Notes: a model not told the origin generated them from the letters alone. DNA of 64,000 nucleotides from Clostridia bacterium (GCA_017440585.1 JAFSGW010000099.1:42436-106435); one strand, 5' to 3'; counted from the stretch's first letter, positions 17,780-28,184 are shown. Translations and numbers: made by a program.

Positions 17780-17842
17780 ATAAGCCTTGTCCGCAGGCAA
17801 GGGGTTCGGACACTCCGACCAATACCTTTGGCTGACGGGGAA
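17780..17842 (+). promoter_or_regulatory. Probable ribosomal protein S15 autoregulatory leader RNA
   Basis: GC-rich structured 5' UTR with cactccgac...ttggctgacgggg, resembling the Firmicutes S15 leader as recalled; expected position. Confidence 0.55.
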
Positions 17843-17879
17843 TAATAATTATTATATTATATTTATGGAGGTATTTACT

Positions 17880-18143
17880 ATGACACCCGAAAGAAAAGCA
17901 GAAATAATTAAGGAATTCCAGCTTTCTCCTACAGATACTGGTTCTCCCGAAGTTCAGATTGCTCTCCTTACAGAGAGAATCAACCACCTCAACGAACACC
18001 TTAAGGAGTTCAAGAAGGACCATCACTCCAGACGTGGTCTTCTTATGATGGTTGGTAAGAGACGTGGTCTTCTCGACTACCTCACAAAGAAGGATATCGA
18101 AAGATACCGTGCAATCGTTGCTAAGCTCGGTTTGAGAAAGTAA
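17880..18143 (+). CDS. rpsO: 30S ribosomal protein S15
   Basis: [37 protein letters not shown]; GGAGG SD. Confidence 0.98.
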   Translation: MTPERKAEIIKEFQLSPTDTGSPEVQIALLTERINHLNEHLKEFKKDHHSRRGLLMMVGKRRGLLDYLTKKDIERYRAIVAKLGLRK

Positions 18144-18150
18144 TTACGGG

Positions 18151-18183
18151 CAAGGCGGAGCAATTTCTGTTCCGCCTTGTTTT
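18151..18183 (+). terminator. Terminator/attenuator after rpsO
   Basis: caaggcggagca...tgttccgccttg-tttt. Confidence 0.7.
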
Positions 18184-18214
18184 CACGTTTACAAACCGAA
18201 AAATTCAGGTGCAC

Positions 18215-18328
18215 GAGGGCTTATGATAGTTTATTTATCACTTATGAATGGGCGTGAAAACGGGCGATTAATAATCGCCCCTACAATGTGTTTGCGCCTA
18301 TCTGTAAGTGATAAACGCATAAGTCCTC
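18215..18328 (+). promoter_or_regulatory. Long imperfect stem in pnp leader (RNase III-type site) with a REP in its loop
   Basis: gagggcttatg/cataagtcctc, tttatcactta/taagtgataaa and tgggcgtgaa/tttgcgccta pair (with G-U pairs). Confidence 0.65.
18261..18284 (-). repeat. Dispersed REP palindrome
   Basis: cgggcgatt-aat-aatcgcccctac (GTAG head on - strand). Confidence 0.8.
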
Positions 18329-18364
18329 ATCTAAAACAAAGTATTTTTAGAAAGGAAAATTGAT

Positions 18365-20461
18365 ATGTTCAGAACGTTTGAAACAACATTCGCAGGCCGT
18401 CCTCTTGTTATCGAAACAGGCAAGATGGCACAGCTTGCTTCCGGTAGCTGTCTTGTACGCTACGGTGACACAGCAGTTCACGCTGCTTGTACAATTTCTG
18501 CAAAGCCCCGTGAAGGAGTAGACTTCTTCCCCTTGGCAGTAGACTACGAAGAAAAGCTTTACGCTGCAGGCAAAATCCCCGGCAGCTATCTTAAGAGAGA
18601 GGGTCGTCCTTCTGAAAAGGCAATCCTTGCTTCCCGTTGTATTGACCGTCCCATGAGACCCTTGTTCCCCAAGGACCTTCGTAACGACGTGTCTATCGTT
18701 ACAACAGTAATGTGTGTTGACCCCGACTGCTCCCCCGAGGTTGCAGCTATGGTTGGTGCATCTATCGCAGCGTGCATTTCTCCCGCTCCCTTCAACGGTC
18801 CCATCGCAGGCGTTAGCGTAGGTCTGGTTGACGGCGAAATCGTTATTAACCCCACACTCGCTCAGAGAGAAGTAAGTGAAATGTACCTTACAATCGCAGG
18901 TACAAAGGAAAAGGTTAACATGATTGAAGCAGGCGGCAGCGAAATCCCCGAGGATTTAATGTTCGAAGCTATCATGAAGGCTCATGAAGAAATCGTAAAG
19001 ATCTGCGAATTTATCGAAACAATCCAGACTGCTATCGGCAAGGAAAAGATTGAATATACACCTATCGAAGTTCCCGAAGACCTCTACGAGGACATCAAGG
19101 CATTTGCTATCGATAAGGTTAAGTACGCTCTTGACACAGACGACAAGAACGTTCGTGAAGAACGCCTTAAGCCCGTATACGAAGAAGTGTACGAAGCAAT
19201 GGCTGAAAAGTATCCCGAGGTTGAAACTACACTTATGGACGAAGCTATCTACAAGCTTCAGAAGTACATTGTAAGAAGATGGATTCTTGACGAAGGCAGA
19301 CGTGTTGACGGCCGTAAGCTTGATGAAATCCGTCCTCTTTCTGCTGAGGTTGGCCTTCTTCCCCGTGTTCACGGTACAGGTCTTTTCACACGTGGTCAGA
19401 CACAGGTATTGACAACTGTAACACTCGGTACTCTTTCCGAAGCACAGCTTCTTGACGGTATCGATGAAGAAGTTGAAAAGAGATATATGCATCACTACAA
19501 CTTCCCCAGCTACTCTGTTGGCGAAACAAGAGCCTCCAGAGGCCCCGGACGTAGAGAAATCGGTCACGGTGCTCTTGCTGAAAAGGCACTCGTTCCCGTA
19601 ATTCCCTCCCGTGAAGAATTCCCCTACTCCTTGAGACTTGTAAGTGAAGTTCTTTCTTCCAACGGCTCCACAAGCCAGGGTAGTATCTGTGGCTCCACAC
19701 TTGCTCTTATGGATGCAGGTGTTCCCATTAAGGCTCCCGTTGCAGGTATCTCCTGCGGCTTGGTTACAGAAGGCGATCGTTTCATCACAATGGTTGACAT
19801 TCAGGGCCTTGAGGACTTCTTCGGCGATATGGACTTTAAGGTAGCAGGTACAAAGAAGGGTATCACAGCTATTCAGGTTGATATCAAGATTGACGGTCTT
19901 ACACCCGAAATCATCAAGGAAGCTCTTATGAAGACACGCGACGCTCGTTATAAGATTCTTGACGAATGTATGCTTCCCTGCATCGCTGAACCTCGTGCAG
20001 AGCTTTCTAAGTATGCTCCCAAGATCTTCACAATGACAGTTGACCCCGAAAAGATTGGTGATATCATCGGTAAGCAGGGTAAGACAATCCAGAAGATTAC
20101 AGCCATGACAGGCGTTAAGATTGACATTGAGGACGACGGCACAGTTCTTATCGCAACAACAGACACAGAAGCTGCTGAAAAGGCTATGAAGCTCATCAAC
20201 GGCGTTTGCGGCAACATCGAAATCGGTGAAGTATTCCTCGGTACAGTTACAAAGCTTATGGACTTTGGTGCATTTGTTGAATTCCTTCCCGGTAAGGAAG
20301 GCCTCGTTCACATTTCCAAGCTCGACCATAAGAGAGTTGAAAAGGTTTCTGACGTGGTTAGTGTTGGTGACGAAATTATGGTTAAGGTTATCGAATTTGA
20401 CCGTATGGGCAGAATTAACCTTTCCCGTAAAGACGCTCTTCCCAAGCCCGAAGCTGAATAA
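18365..20461 (+). CDS. pnp: Polyribonucleotide nucleotidyltransferase
   Basis: DFFPLAVDYEEK, RREIGHG, SNGSTS, GDMDFK, KH and S1 domains. Confidence 0.98.
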   Translation: MFRTFETTFAGRPLVIETGKMAQLASGSCLVRYGDTAVHAACTISAKPREGVDFFPLAVDYEEKLYAAGKIPGSYLKREGRPSEKAILASRCIDRPMRPLFPKDLRNDVSIVTTVMCVDPDCSPEVAAMVGASIAACISPAPFNGPIAGVSVGLVDGEIVINPTLAQREVSEMYLTIAGTKEKVNMIEAGGSEIPEDLMFEAIMKAHEEIVKICEFIETIQTAIGKEKIEYTPIEVPEDLYEDIKAFAIDKVKYALDTDDKNVREERLKPVYEEVYEAMAEKYPEVETTLMDEAIYKLQKYIVRRWILDEGRRVDGRKLDEIRPLSAEVGLLPRVHGTGLFTRGQTQVLTTVTLGTLSEAQLLDGIDEEVEKRYMHHYNFPSYSVGETRASRGPGRREIGHGALAEKALVPVIPSREEFPYSLRLVSEVLSSNGSTSQGSICGSTLALMDAGVPIKAPVAGISCGLVTEGDRFITMVDIQGLEDFFGDMDFKVAGTKKGITAIQVDIKIDGLTPEIIKEALMKTRDARYKILDECMLPCIAEPRAELSKYAPKIFTMTVDPEKIGDIIGKQGKTIQKITAMTGVKIDIEDDGTVLIATTDTEAAEKAMKLINGVCGNIEIGEVFLGTVTKLMDFGAFVEFLPGKEGLVHISKLDHKRVEKVSDVVSVGDEIMVKVIEFDRMGRINLSRKDALPKPEAE

Positions 20462-20494
20462 GGCTGACGATTTTGGCGCAGACATTATAAAATT

Positions 20495-20522
20495 AAAAGG
20501 GGAGAGGAAACTCTCCCTTTTT
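20495..20522 (+). terminator. Rho-independent terminator
   Basis: aaaaggggagag-gaaa-ctctcccttttt. Confidence 0.8.
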
Positions 20523-20537
20523 CAATGTGGTGATTGT

Positions 20538-21764
20538 ATGAATAAGATTACAACTTTAAAAAACGGACTCAGGATAATAACCGAGGTTATGCCCGGTGCA
20601 CAGAGCGTTTTTGTGGGCGTGTGGGTCAAGGCAGGAAGTGCCAACGAAAAGGACAGTGAGTGGGGCATAAGCCACTTTATTGAGCACATGGTTTTCAAGG
20701 GCACAGAAAAAAGAACCGCACAACAGATAAGCGAAGAAACAGACTATGTTGGCGGTCAGGCAAATGCCTTTACATCCAGGGACTGCACCTGCTACTACTC
20801 AAGAACGCTTCCTGAGCATATGGAGCTTTCCTTCGACATCCTTTCCGACATTTACCATAACCCCCGTCTTTTAAAGAAGGATATTGACCTTGAGAGGGGC
20901 GTTATAAAAGAGGAAATCATGATGTATGAGGACTGCCCCGAGGATCTGGTTCAGGACAGGCTTCTTGCTGCAGTTTACCCCGACAGTGCAATAGGAAGGG
21001 AAATTGCAGGCAGTTTGGAGTCGGTAGATGGCTTGAACCGTGAAAAAATGGTTGACTATATGAACCGTTATTACACTCCCGACAACACGGTTATAACCGT
21101 TTGCGGAAGGTTTGACGAAAAGATGGCAATAAGCCTTTGCGAAAAGTATTTCTCCCACCGTATCACAGCCTTCTCCGGCAACAGGGTAATTGTGCCCCGT
21201 TTTGAAAGCGTTGACGTAAGGTGGGAAAAGGACATTGAGCAGGCTCATTTGTGCCTTTCCTATCCTACAGTAAAGCTTGGAAGCGACAAGGAAAGCTATA
21301 CATTATCTGCCTTAAGTAACATTTTCGGCGGAAGCATGTCCAGTAGGCTTTTCAACAAGGTCCGTGAGGAACGTGGCCTTTGCTACAGCGTTTATTCCTA
21401 CTCCTCCCAGACAGAGGTTTCGGGGCTTTTCAGCATTTATACAGGTCTTAATGCAAATTGCCTTAATGCTGCTGAAGAGGTTATACATAATGAGATAGCA
21501 CGCCTTTTAAAGGATGGCATAACCGACTACGAGCTTACAAAGGGCAAGGAACAGCTTAAGGCGGCAATTCTTATGGATATGGAAAACCCCTCAAGCCGTA
21601 TGAGTGCACTTGGCAAGGATATGCTCATTTATAACTCTGTTAAGCCTATTGAAGAAATTGTAAGAGATATCGACTCTGTCACAAAGCATGACATTGAAGA
21701 GGCGGCACATATGGTTTTTGAAAAAAGAGGTGCACGTGGTGTGCTTCTGCCCATTGAGAGGTAA
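20538..21764 (+). CDS. M16 family zinc peptidase (MlpA/YmxG-like)
   Basis: HFIEH motif, NAFTS, SSRLFNKVREERGLCYSV; usual position after pnp. Confidence 0.92.
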   Translation: MNKITTLKNGLRIITEVMPGAQSVFVGVWVKAGSANEKDSEWGISHFIEHMVFKGTEKRTAQQISEETDYVGGQANAFTSRDCTCYYSRTLPEHMELSFDILSDIYHNPRLLKKDIDLERGVIKEEIMMYEDCPEDLVQDRLLAAVYPDSAIGREIAGSLESVDGLNREKMVDYMNRYYTPDNTVITVCGRFDEKMAISLCEKYFSHRITAFSGNRVIVPRFESVDVRWEKDIEQAHLCLSYPTVKLGSDKESYTLSALSNIFGGSMSSRLFNKVREERGLCYSVYSYSSQTEVSGLFSIYTGLNANCLNAAEEVIHNEIARLLKDGITDYELTKGKEQLKAAILMDMENPSSRMSALGKDMLIYNSVKPIEEIVRDIDSVTKHDIEEAAHMVFEKRGARGVLLPIER

Positions 21765-21842
21765 TTAGCAATTAGCAATTAGCAATGAGCAATTAGCAAT
21801 TAAGGTAAAAGGCGGTCAATGACCGCCTTTTTTGTATTGATT
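21762..21842 (+). repeat. Heptamer tract plus terminator hairpin; direct repeat R1
   Basis: t(aatKagc)5-aattaaggt-aaaaggcggtc-aat-gaccgcctttttt-gtattgatt. Confidence 0.92.
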
Positions 21843-21959
21843 AAAAGCATTTGAAAACAATGTTCGCCGTAAAAAGTGTAACTGTTCAGCAAAAAAACGT
21901 TGTATTTTTTGTGATTTGGTGTTATGCTATACTTGTATTATAATTACGGAGGTGCGTGT

Positions 21960-23267
21960 ATGTACCGAATTGCTATTGAAGAGCTATTTAAATGGAAACA
22001 AAGCAAACGCCGAAAACCTTTGATTATCGAAGGTGCCCGTCAGGTTGGTAAAACCTGGCTGATGAAAGAGTTTGGCAGGCAGGCGTATGCAGATACCATA
22101 TATATCAATTTTGATTCCAATTCCCAAATGGCAGAGCTGTTCTCTTCTGATTTGGATACAGAACGTTTGATTATGGGGCTGGAGCTGTATGCAGGACGAA
22201 AAATTGACCCTGAAAATGCTTTGCTGATTTTTGATGAAGTGCAAGAGGTTCCAAGAGCACTCAGCTCTCTTAAATATTTCTATGAAAATGCACCGCAGTA
22301 TCACATTATATGTGCCGGTTCCCTGCTTGGTATTGCTTTGCATCAGGGTACATCATTCCCTGTGGGCAAGGTGGATTTTTTGAAGCTGTATCCTCTCTCT
22401 TTCAAGGAGTTTTTGATGGCAACCGATAAAGAACGGTTTGCAGAACTGATTGATAAAAAAGACTTCCGGATGATTACAAGCTTCAAGCAAACATATATTG
22501 ATGCCCTGAAGCATTATTACTTTGTTGGCGGTATGCCCGAAGCCGTACAGAGCTTTGCAGAAAACAAAGATTTTAACGAGGTTCGTGAAATTCAAAGGCG
22601 AATCCTCGCAGCCTATGAACAGGATTTTTCCAAGCATGCTCCCAACGAAATTGTGCCCAGACTTCGTATGCTGTGGAACAGCATTCCTTCTCAGCTGGCG
22701 AAAGAAAACAAGAAGTTCATCTATGGTATTGTTCGTGAGGGTGCCCGTGCGAAGGACTACGAAACTGCGATTATGTGGCTTTGTGATTGCGGTCTTGTTC
22801 ATAAAATCACCCGCGTCAATACGGCAGGCATCCCTTTGAGGGCGTATGAGGACCTGAAAGCATTTAAGCTGTTTATGGCAGATGTTGGTCTCCTTGGCTG
22901 CATGGCAGGTCTTCGTCAGAGCACTTTGCTTGACGGCAACGACCTTTTTGTTGAGTTCAAGGGTGCACTTACGGAGCAGTATGTTTGTCAGCAGTTAAAG
23001 ACCATTCCGGATTTAGATGTTTACTATTATACCAATGACAGAGGCTCCTGTGAGGTTGACTTTGTCGTTGATACAGGCGAATTGATTGTTCCTGTTGAAG
23101 TAAAGGCAGAGGTTAACCTCAGAGCTAAAAGCCTTAAGACGTACCGGGAAAAGTTTTCTCCTGAGGTTTCTGTTCGTACATCTATGGCAGACTATAAAAA
23201 AGAAGAATGGCTCGTTAATCTGCCACTGTATGCGATAGATCAGATTAAGGGTATTGAAAATAATTAG
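21960..23267 (+). CDS. AAA+ ATPase (AAA_14 plus DUF4143 family)
   Basis: GARQVGKT, LIFDEVQ, AGSLLG, FPVGKV, GGMPE, EVDFV..PVEVK; GGAGG SD. Confidence 0.92.
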   Translation: MYRIAIEELFKWKQSKRRKPLIIEGARQVGKTWLMKEFGRQAYADTIYINFDSNSQMAELFSSDLDTERLIMGLELYAGRKIDPENALLIFDEVQEVPRALSSLKYFYENAPQYHIICAGSLLGIALHQGTSFPVGKVDFLKLYPLSFKEFLMATDKERFAELIDKKDFRMITSFKQTYIDALKHYYFVGGMPEAVQSFAENKDFNEVREIQRRILAAYEQDFSKHAPNEIVPRLRMLWNSIPSQLAKENKKFIYGIVREGARAKDYETAIMWLCDCGLVHKITRVNTAGIPLRAYEDLKAFKLFMADVGLLGCMAGLRQSTLLDGNDLFVEFKGALTEQYVCQQLKTIPDLDVYYYTNDRGSCEVDFVVDTGELIVPVEVKAEVNLRAKSLKTYREKFSPEVSVRTSMADYKKEEWLVNLPLYAIDQIKGIENN

Positions 23268-23328
23268 CAATTAGCAATTAGCAATTAAGGTAAAAAGGCG
23301 GTCAATGACCGCCTTTTTTGTATTGATT
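23261..23328 (+). repeat. Heptamer tract plus terminator hairpin; direct repeat R2
   Basis: t(aattagc)3-aattaaggt-aaaaaggcggtc-aat-gaccgcctttttt-gtattgatt; supplies the ATPase TAG stop. Confidence 0.92.
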
Positions 23329-23610
23329 TTTGTATTGGTTAGTGGTAAAATGTACTTGCGACACAGTTGAATATTTGCCCTGAAGAAGACGCATACTGTT
23401 TGGTAAAAACGTATGCGTGGTTCGTATTGTCTTCTTTGGGAAACAACTGTGTCGCAGCAGGAACCAAGCTGCGTTTTTCGTGCGTAGCTCCGGCTGCGCA
23501 CTTTTTTTGTATATTTATGTATAAGGTAGGCTTGCTGTCAGGGGACTTATTTGAAAAGACAAAGATCAGTAACAAAAAAATCTGAAATCGAATGCAAAGG
23601 AGGGTTTTCT

Positions 23611-23877
23611 ATGAAAACAAAATGGAATGAAAAATCTACTGCTGATAAAATAATGTTAATATTAAGGATTGTTATATCCGTTGTAGTTTTAGTTGGTGCA
23701 GCATTACAGATAACCGGTGTGTGGGATAAAGCACTAAATGTAGTTATTCCTCTTTTGAGCGTTTTGATTCTGATACAGTCTATCGGGGAGCATAGAGAAC
23801 AGAGAAAGGCTTCAGCTATTGTTGGTTATGTTTGCTTTGCAGCTATGGTTGTTATGATTATAGGTGCAATGCTGTAA
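23611..23877 (+). CDS. Small 3-TM membrane protein
   Basis: AAGGAGG SD; three hydrophobic segments. Confidence 0.75.
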   Translation: MKTKWNEKSTADKIMLILRIVISVVVLVGAALQITGVWDKALNVVIPLLSVLILIQSIGEHREQRKASAIVGYVCFAAMVVMIIGAML

Positions 23878-23891
23878 AGTGAGGTGCGAAT

Positions 23892-24464
23892 ATGAAAATA
23901 GCAATTATTATAGCAGTATGTGTTGCACTTTTTATAGTATTAAAACCTATGAAAAAGCCGATTTTTACATTTGCAGTTATTCTTGCTTTCATTGTTGGCT
24001 TCGGTGCTGTTCAATACTTTAATCGGCCCGATGGCTCAACACTTGAAAGCCGTGAGGAAATCTGTGCGGAGTTTCCAAGAGGTAAGGATTGGAAAATAGC
24101 CATTGAGCAGGAATTTAACGATTATATCATAAGCGGTATTTATTCCCGTAACGAAATGAGTGGTATAGCAGTTTTCAAGCCTTATGGAAACGGCAAATAT
24201 AAGCTCCATTCAAGAGAATGGAGAGAACAAGACAGAATCATAATAACAGGCATTACCATTGATAATTTATGGTATGATGTTATTTGGTTTAACGGAGCTA
24301 AAACAGATTATGCAGAAATAACCTACACCCTTGACGGTGTTAAGCAAGAGCCGATTATACATAATGCAAAAGGCATGGAAATCTTTATAAATCCTGCTCC
24401 GACCAATGATGTGTACGGCATTGATGTAGTTTATTATGACGATGCCGGAAACAAATATGAGTGA
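23892..24464 (+). CDS. Hypothetical membrane-anchored protein
   Basis: GAGGTG SD; N-terminal TM segments then soluble domain. Confidence 0.75.
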   Translation: MKIAIIIAVCVALFIVLKPMKKPIFTFAVILAFIVGFGAVQYFNRPDGSTLESREEICAEFPRGKDWKIAIEQEFNDYIISGIYSRNEMSGIAVFKPYGNGKYKLHSREWREQDRIIITGITIDNLWYDVIWFNGAKTDYAEITYTLDGVKQEPIIHNAKGMEIFINPAPTNDVYGIDVVYYDDAGNKYE

Positions 24465-24476
24465 GGAGCTGATGAT

Positions 24477-24785
24477 ATGCACATAGGCATTGCAACAGGT
24501 TTATTTATAGTGTCATATATTGTCCAGTTATTGCTGTGTTTTAAGGCTAAAAGCACACAGACAAAGCTGATTCCGTTTTACTTCGGACTTTTTGTTGCAT
24601 TTTTCGGATTGCTGGTATATGCAGAAGTTTTCGGATATATGAGTACAGGCAGTTTTATTGGTAACATGCACATTTTATCAGCAATTATAATCTGGATAGC
24701 GGTGTTGATAATATACATCGGTCTGCTCCTTGCAAAGATTACTCATAGCATAGTTAAATACATTCAAAGGAGGAATGATAAATGA
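24477..24785 (+). CDS. Hypothetical membrane protein
   Basis: GAGGAG SD; three TM segments. Confidence 0.7.
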   Translation: MHIGIATGLFIVSYIVQLLLCFKAKSTQTKLIPFYFGLFVAFFGLLVYAEVFGYMSTGSFIGNMHILSAIIIWIAVLIIYIGLLLAKITHSIVKYIQRRNDK

Positions 24786-26275
24786 GAAAATTTACAGGTT
24801 ATATTCCGGCTGCACTCTTTACGGGATTTTATCTGCTTTCGGGACTGACTGGAGTACGTATAACAATGTCAATGCTTTTAGTCTGGCTTGTTTGTTTTTG
24901 GCTCTCTGCCTTCTTTTTGCATAAGGGCTTGTTCTGGGGTGGTATTTTCGGCTTGTTTCCTGCACTCAATATGATATTTATGGGAACTCAGTACACGGGA
25001 CCGGTTATCAATGTTGAAATCCTTCTTGGAATTATACTGATACTCTTTTACGGCATTCTTGGTTTTTACCTTTGGAAAAAGCGAGACGACATACCAAAGG
25101 CAGGAACTAAAGAAATTGTGATAATGGTTGTTAAGGTTGCCCTGACGGTAGCTGTTGTAATGGCAAGTGCTTATATAGCTGTAATATCGGGTATGATTTT
25201 AATATCTGAGGGAATAAACCAAGCATTTGCATATATTGGAATGCTTGTTATTCCGTCTTTATTCTTACCTTTGATATGGCTTAAAAAGAGAAAGATATTC
25301 TTTTTAATATGGCTGATACCTGCCGTAATCTATTTTGTCGCATTAGGTGTTAATTATGCAGTGGTGAAGTATGATGAAAGCATTACCATAAACACAGCAC
25401 CGAACATCAATGTTCACGAATATTTGCCCTTTGAAGAAGATTCAAAGATTGTAAAAACAAGAAGCGAAACACTGCAGTTTACAGATAATCTCCCCAAAAT
25501 TGACGGAGCTGCCGCACTGTTCCCGGTGTATTCAGCATTTGTAAATGCAACATACCCCGAAACGACAAAATTATACGATGGGCATTTTGAATATAACAAT
25601 ACCCCCGCAGGATATAAGCTCTTATCGGAAAAAAGTACGGATATATTCATAGGCGTATATCCGTCAGAAGAGCAAAAGGCTGATGCCAAGGCAAAAGGAA
25701 CAAAGTATATCTATACACCTATCGGAACAGAAGCCTTTGTTTTCTTCGTACACAAAGACAATCCCATTGAAAATCTCACAACGGAGCAAATACAGGGCAT
25801 TTATTCAGGCGAGATTACGAATTGGAAACAACTCGGTGGAAAGAATGAAGAAATCGTAGCCTTCCAGAGAAATGAAGGCAGCGGAAGTCAGAGTATGTTA
25901 GAGCGTTTTATGGGCGATAAGCCTATAATGGAAGCTCCGACAGAGCTCAAAAACGATTTAATGTCAGGAATTATTGAAAGAGTGTCGAACTATAAGAATA
26001 AGACAAATTCAATAGGTTTTTCTTTCAGATACTATGTTGAAGGCATTATAAAGAACCCTGATATTAAAATGCTTTCCGTTGACGGTGTTGCACCGACAGC
26101 AGAAAACATTAAGAACGGTAAATATCCCATTGTAACACCGATATACGCTGTTACTTATGAAGAACAGACAAATGAAAATGTTAATAAGCTCCTTGATTGG
26201 ATATTGTCTGAAGAAGGGCAGTATATCATCGAAGAAACGGGCTATGTAGGTATTGTATCGGAATTTGAAGAATAA
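24782..26275 (+). CDS. Multi-TM protein fused to PstS-like (PBP) substrate-binding domain
   Basis: About 7 TM segments, then DGAAAL, EAFVFFV, IYSGEITNWKQLGG, FQRNEGSGSQ, IGFSFRYY. Confidence 0.85.
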   Translation: MRKFTGYIPAALFTGFYLLSGLTGVRITMSMLLVWLVCFWLSAFFLHKGLFWGGIFGLFPALNMIFMGTQYTGPVINVEILLGIILILFYGILGFYLWKKRDDIPKAGTKEIVIMVVKVALTVAVVMASAYIAVISGMILISEGINQAFAYIGMLVIPSLFLPLIWLKKRKIFFLIWLIPAVIYFVALGVNYAVVKYDESITINTAPNINVHEYLPFEEDSKIVKTRSETLQFTDNLPKIDGAAALFPVYSAFVNATYPETTKLYDGHFEYNNTPAGYKLLSEKSTDIFIGVYPSEEQKADAKAKGTKYIYTPIGTEAFVFFVHKDNPIENLTTEQIQGIYSGEITNWKQLGGKNEEIVAFQRNEGSGSQSMLERFMGDKPIMEAPTELKNDLMSGIIERVSNYKNKTNSIGFSFRYYVEGIIKNPDIKMLSVDGVAPTAENIKNGKYPIVTPIYAVTYEEQTNENVNKLLDWILSEEGQYIIEETGYVGIVSEFEE

Positions 26276-26288
26276 GAAGGTGCACACT

Positions 26289-28178
26289 ATGAAAAAAATA
26301 TTATCCATTATCCTATCGATCACAATGCTGTTTTCAATGACAGCAGTAGCATTTGCAGAAGAGGTTGCAACTACGGTAGCAAGAGAAGTGCCTGGCATTA
26401 TCAAAGTCGGCGTTAATGCAGAATATGCTCCGTTTGAGTATTACGATGAAGAAGGCAAGCTTACAGGCTTTGATATTGATTTGATGAATTGTATCGGCGA
26501 AAGAATAGGTTTTGATGTTGAATATGTTGATATGCCGTTTGATATGCTTGTGTCTGCCGTTTCAAGCGGTAAGGTTGATTGTGCCATTTCAACCTTTTCG
26601 GTTACAGATGAAAGAGAATATTATATGGATTTTACAAGACCTTATCTTGGGGCTAATGTAACGCATAAAGACGGTGAAACAACATCTAAGGCACTTAAAA
26701 TGTATTCAATCGTTTTCAGAGAGGGCGTTGCTGATTCTCTCTACAAGTCATCAATGCCGACAGATTACGAAAAGCTCTTTATACTTGTAAACGGAACTGT
26801 TGAAGAACTTATATCCGACGGAACGATAGAAAAACTTATTGCAAAGTATGACCTTAATAAACCTTATGATGAAGAAGCAGACTATGAATACGGATATTAT
26901 GAATATATTGTATTAAAGTCAACAGTTGCAGACAAAGACGGTGCGGAAATACCGAAACTTGAAAGCTGGGAAGAGGCTACAACCGTTCCTGCTCCGAGCG
27001 AATGGGCGTCAAAGGATGTTGATTTTGCCCGTGCTGTAGGAATTACTGACGACAGAGATTATCTCTACAAAGAAAATATTACCCGTGAAGAATTTTGTGA
27101 GCTGATTTATAATCTTATAGTATTAACAAGTGATGAAATCACCGCACCTGTAACGGATAGCTTCACAGACACCAAAAACGATAAAATCCTCATGCTGAAC
27201 GGTTTGGGTATTATCAACGGAAAGTCAGCAACGGAGTTTGCACCAAACGATTATCTCACCCGTGAAGAAGCTGCAACGATTATTGTTCGTATGGTAAACA
27301 GGATGTTTCCGATGGCAGCAACAGAAATGTGGTTTGAGTATGACGATATAAACGAAGTTTCCGAATGGGCATCCGATGCTGTTCAGACAATCAGTAATTT
27401 AGGTTTTATGAACGGTGTCGGCAATAATAAATTTGCTCCAAAAGAAACATATACAACAGAGCAGGCAATCGCAACTCTTGTAAGAGTTTTCAGAGGTGCA
27501 GAAGCAATCGGAGCTATTGAACACGATTCAAGCATTGGAATCATCGGCGGAGCCGATAAACCGACAGAGCTTGTAGTAACCGATACGATTAAAGTTGATG
27601 ATTTTTATATTGACGAAGCAATTAAGCTTATTACTGAGTCGGGCAGGCTTGCATCTGACAAAAACTTTATCAGCATGTATACGGCTAACTATGATATGAC
27701 GGAAAAAATATTAACTCTTGGTGCCACTGATTTTAACAAACCGAAAGATATATACTACATTTCTGCTGATCGTGAAAAGATGGTTGCCGATATAGAGGCC
27801 TTAGCAAAAGCTGAAGGTGTTGATATAAGAGATTTGGGAGAGCACTGGTTTGAACACATTTGGAGAAAACTTAATTTTTCCACTCTTGCAAGCCTGATAA
27901 ATGCATCCTATGGTGCTGAAAACCTTGCGGCTCTCACCATACTCACAAACAGCAGAGGTTATATAATGCCTGAAGACTTCAAAAACGACTTTGCTTTGTT
28001 TGTTCAGTATGAGGGAGGTTATTCTGCGATAGTGTCTTTCTCGGAATTTGGTGATGGTGTTGTAAGTGCGAATATGTCCTTCGTAAAAAATGGTGATAAA
28101 GACAATGTGTTTGTGAGAATGTACGAAATTACACAAGGCTTGGGAGAGGAAAGCATTATTGCAGCAAAAGTAGAATAA
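26289..28178 (+). CDS. Secreted fusion of family-3 amino-acid-binding domain, SLH domains and unknown C-terminal domain
   Basis: Signal peptide; YAPFEY..GFDIDL SBP_bac_3; SLH motifs ITREEF, FAPNDYLTREEAA, GFMNGVGNNKFAPKETYTTEQA. Confidence 0.85.
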   Translation: MKKILSIILSITMLFSMTAVAFAEEVATTVAREVPGIIKVGVNAEYAPFEYYDEEGKLTGFDIDLMNCIGERIGFDVEYVDMPFDMLVSAVSSGKVDCAISTFSVTDEREYYMDFTRPYLGANVTHKDGETTSKALKMYSIVFREGVADSLYKSSMPTDYEKLFILVNGTVEELISDGTIEKLIAKYDLNKPYDEEADYEYGYYEYIVLKSTVADKDGAEIPKLESWEEATTVPAPSEWASKDVDFARAVGITDDRDYLYKENITREEFCELIYNLIVLTSDEITAPVTDSFTDTKNDKILMLNGLGIINGKSATEFAPNDYLTREEAATIIVRMVNRMFPMAATEMWFEYDDINEVSEWASDAVQTISNLGFMNGVGNNKFAPKETYTTEQAIATLVRVFRGAEAIGAIEHDSSIGIIGGADKPTELVVTDTIKVDDFYIDEAIKLITESGRLASDKNFISMYTANYDMTEKILTLGATDFNKPKDIYYISADREKMVADIEALAKAEGVDIRDLGEHWFEHIWRKLNFSTLASLINASYGAENLAALTILTNSRGYIMPEDFKNDFALFVQYEGGYSAIVSFSEFGDGVVSANMSFVKNGDKDNVFVRMYEITQGLGEESIIAAKVE

Positions 28179-28184
28179 TTAAAC

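Noticed and set aside
18956-20485. 509-aa antisense ORF
   Set aside because: Shadow of pnp's biased codon usage; no motifs
20226-20537. N-terminal extension of the M16 peptidase ORF
   Set aside because: Overlaps pnp and its terminator; the family start MNKITTL is at 20538
23339-23585. Short ORFs or a possible recombinase tail/tRNA-like att remnant (ggttcgtatt...)
   Set aside because: Spacing does not fit a tRNA 3' end, there are no recognisable protein motifs, and it cannot be supported without a search
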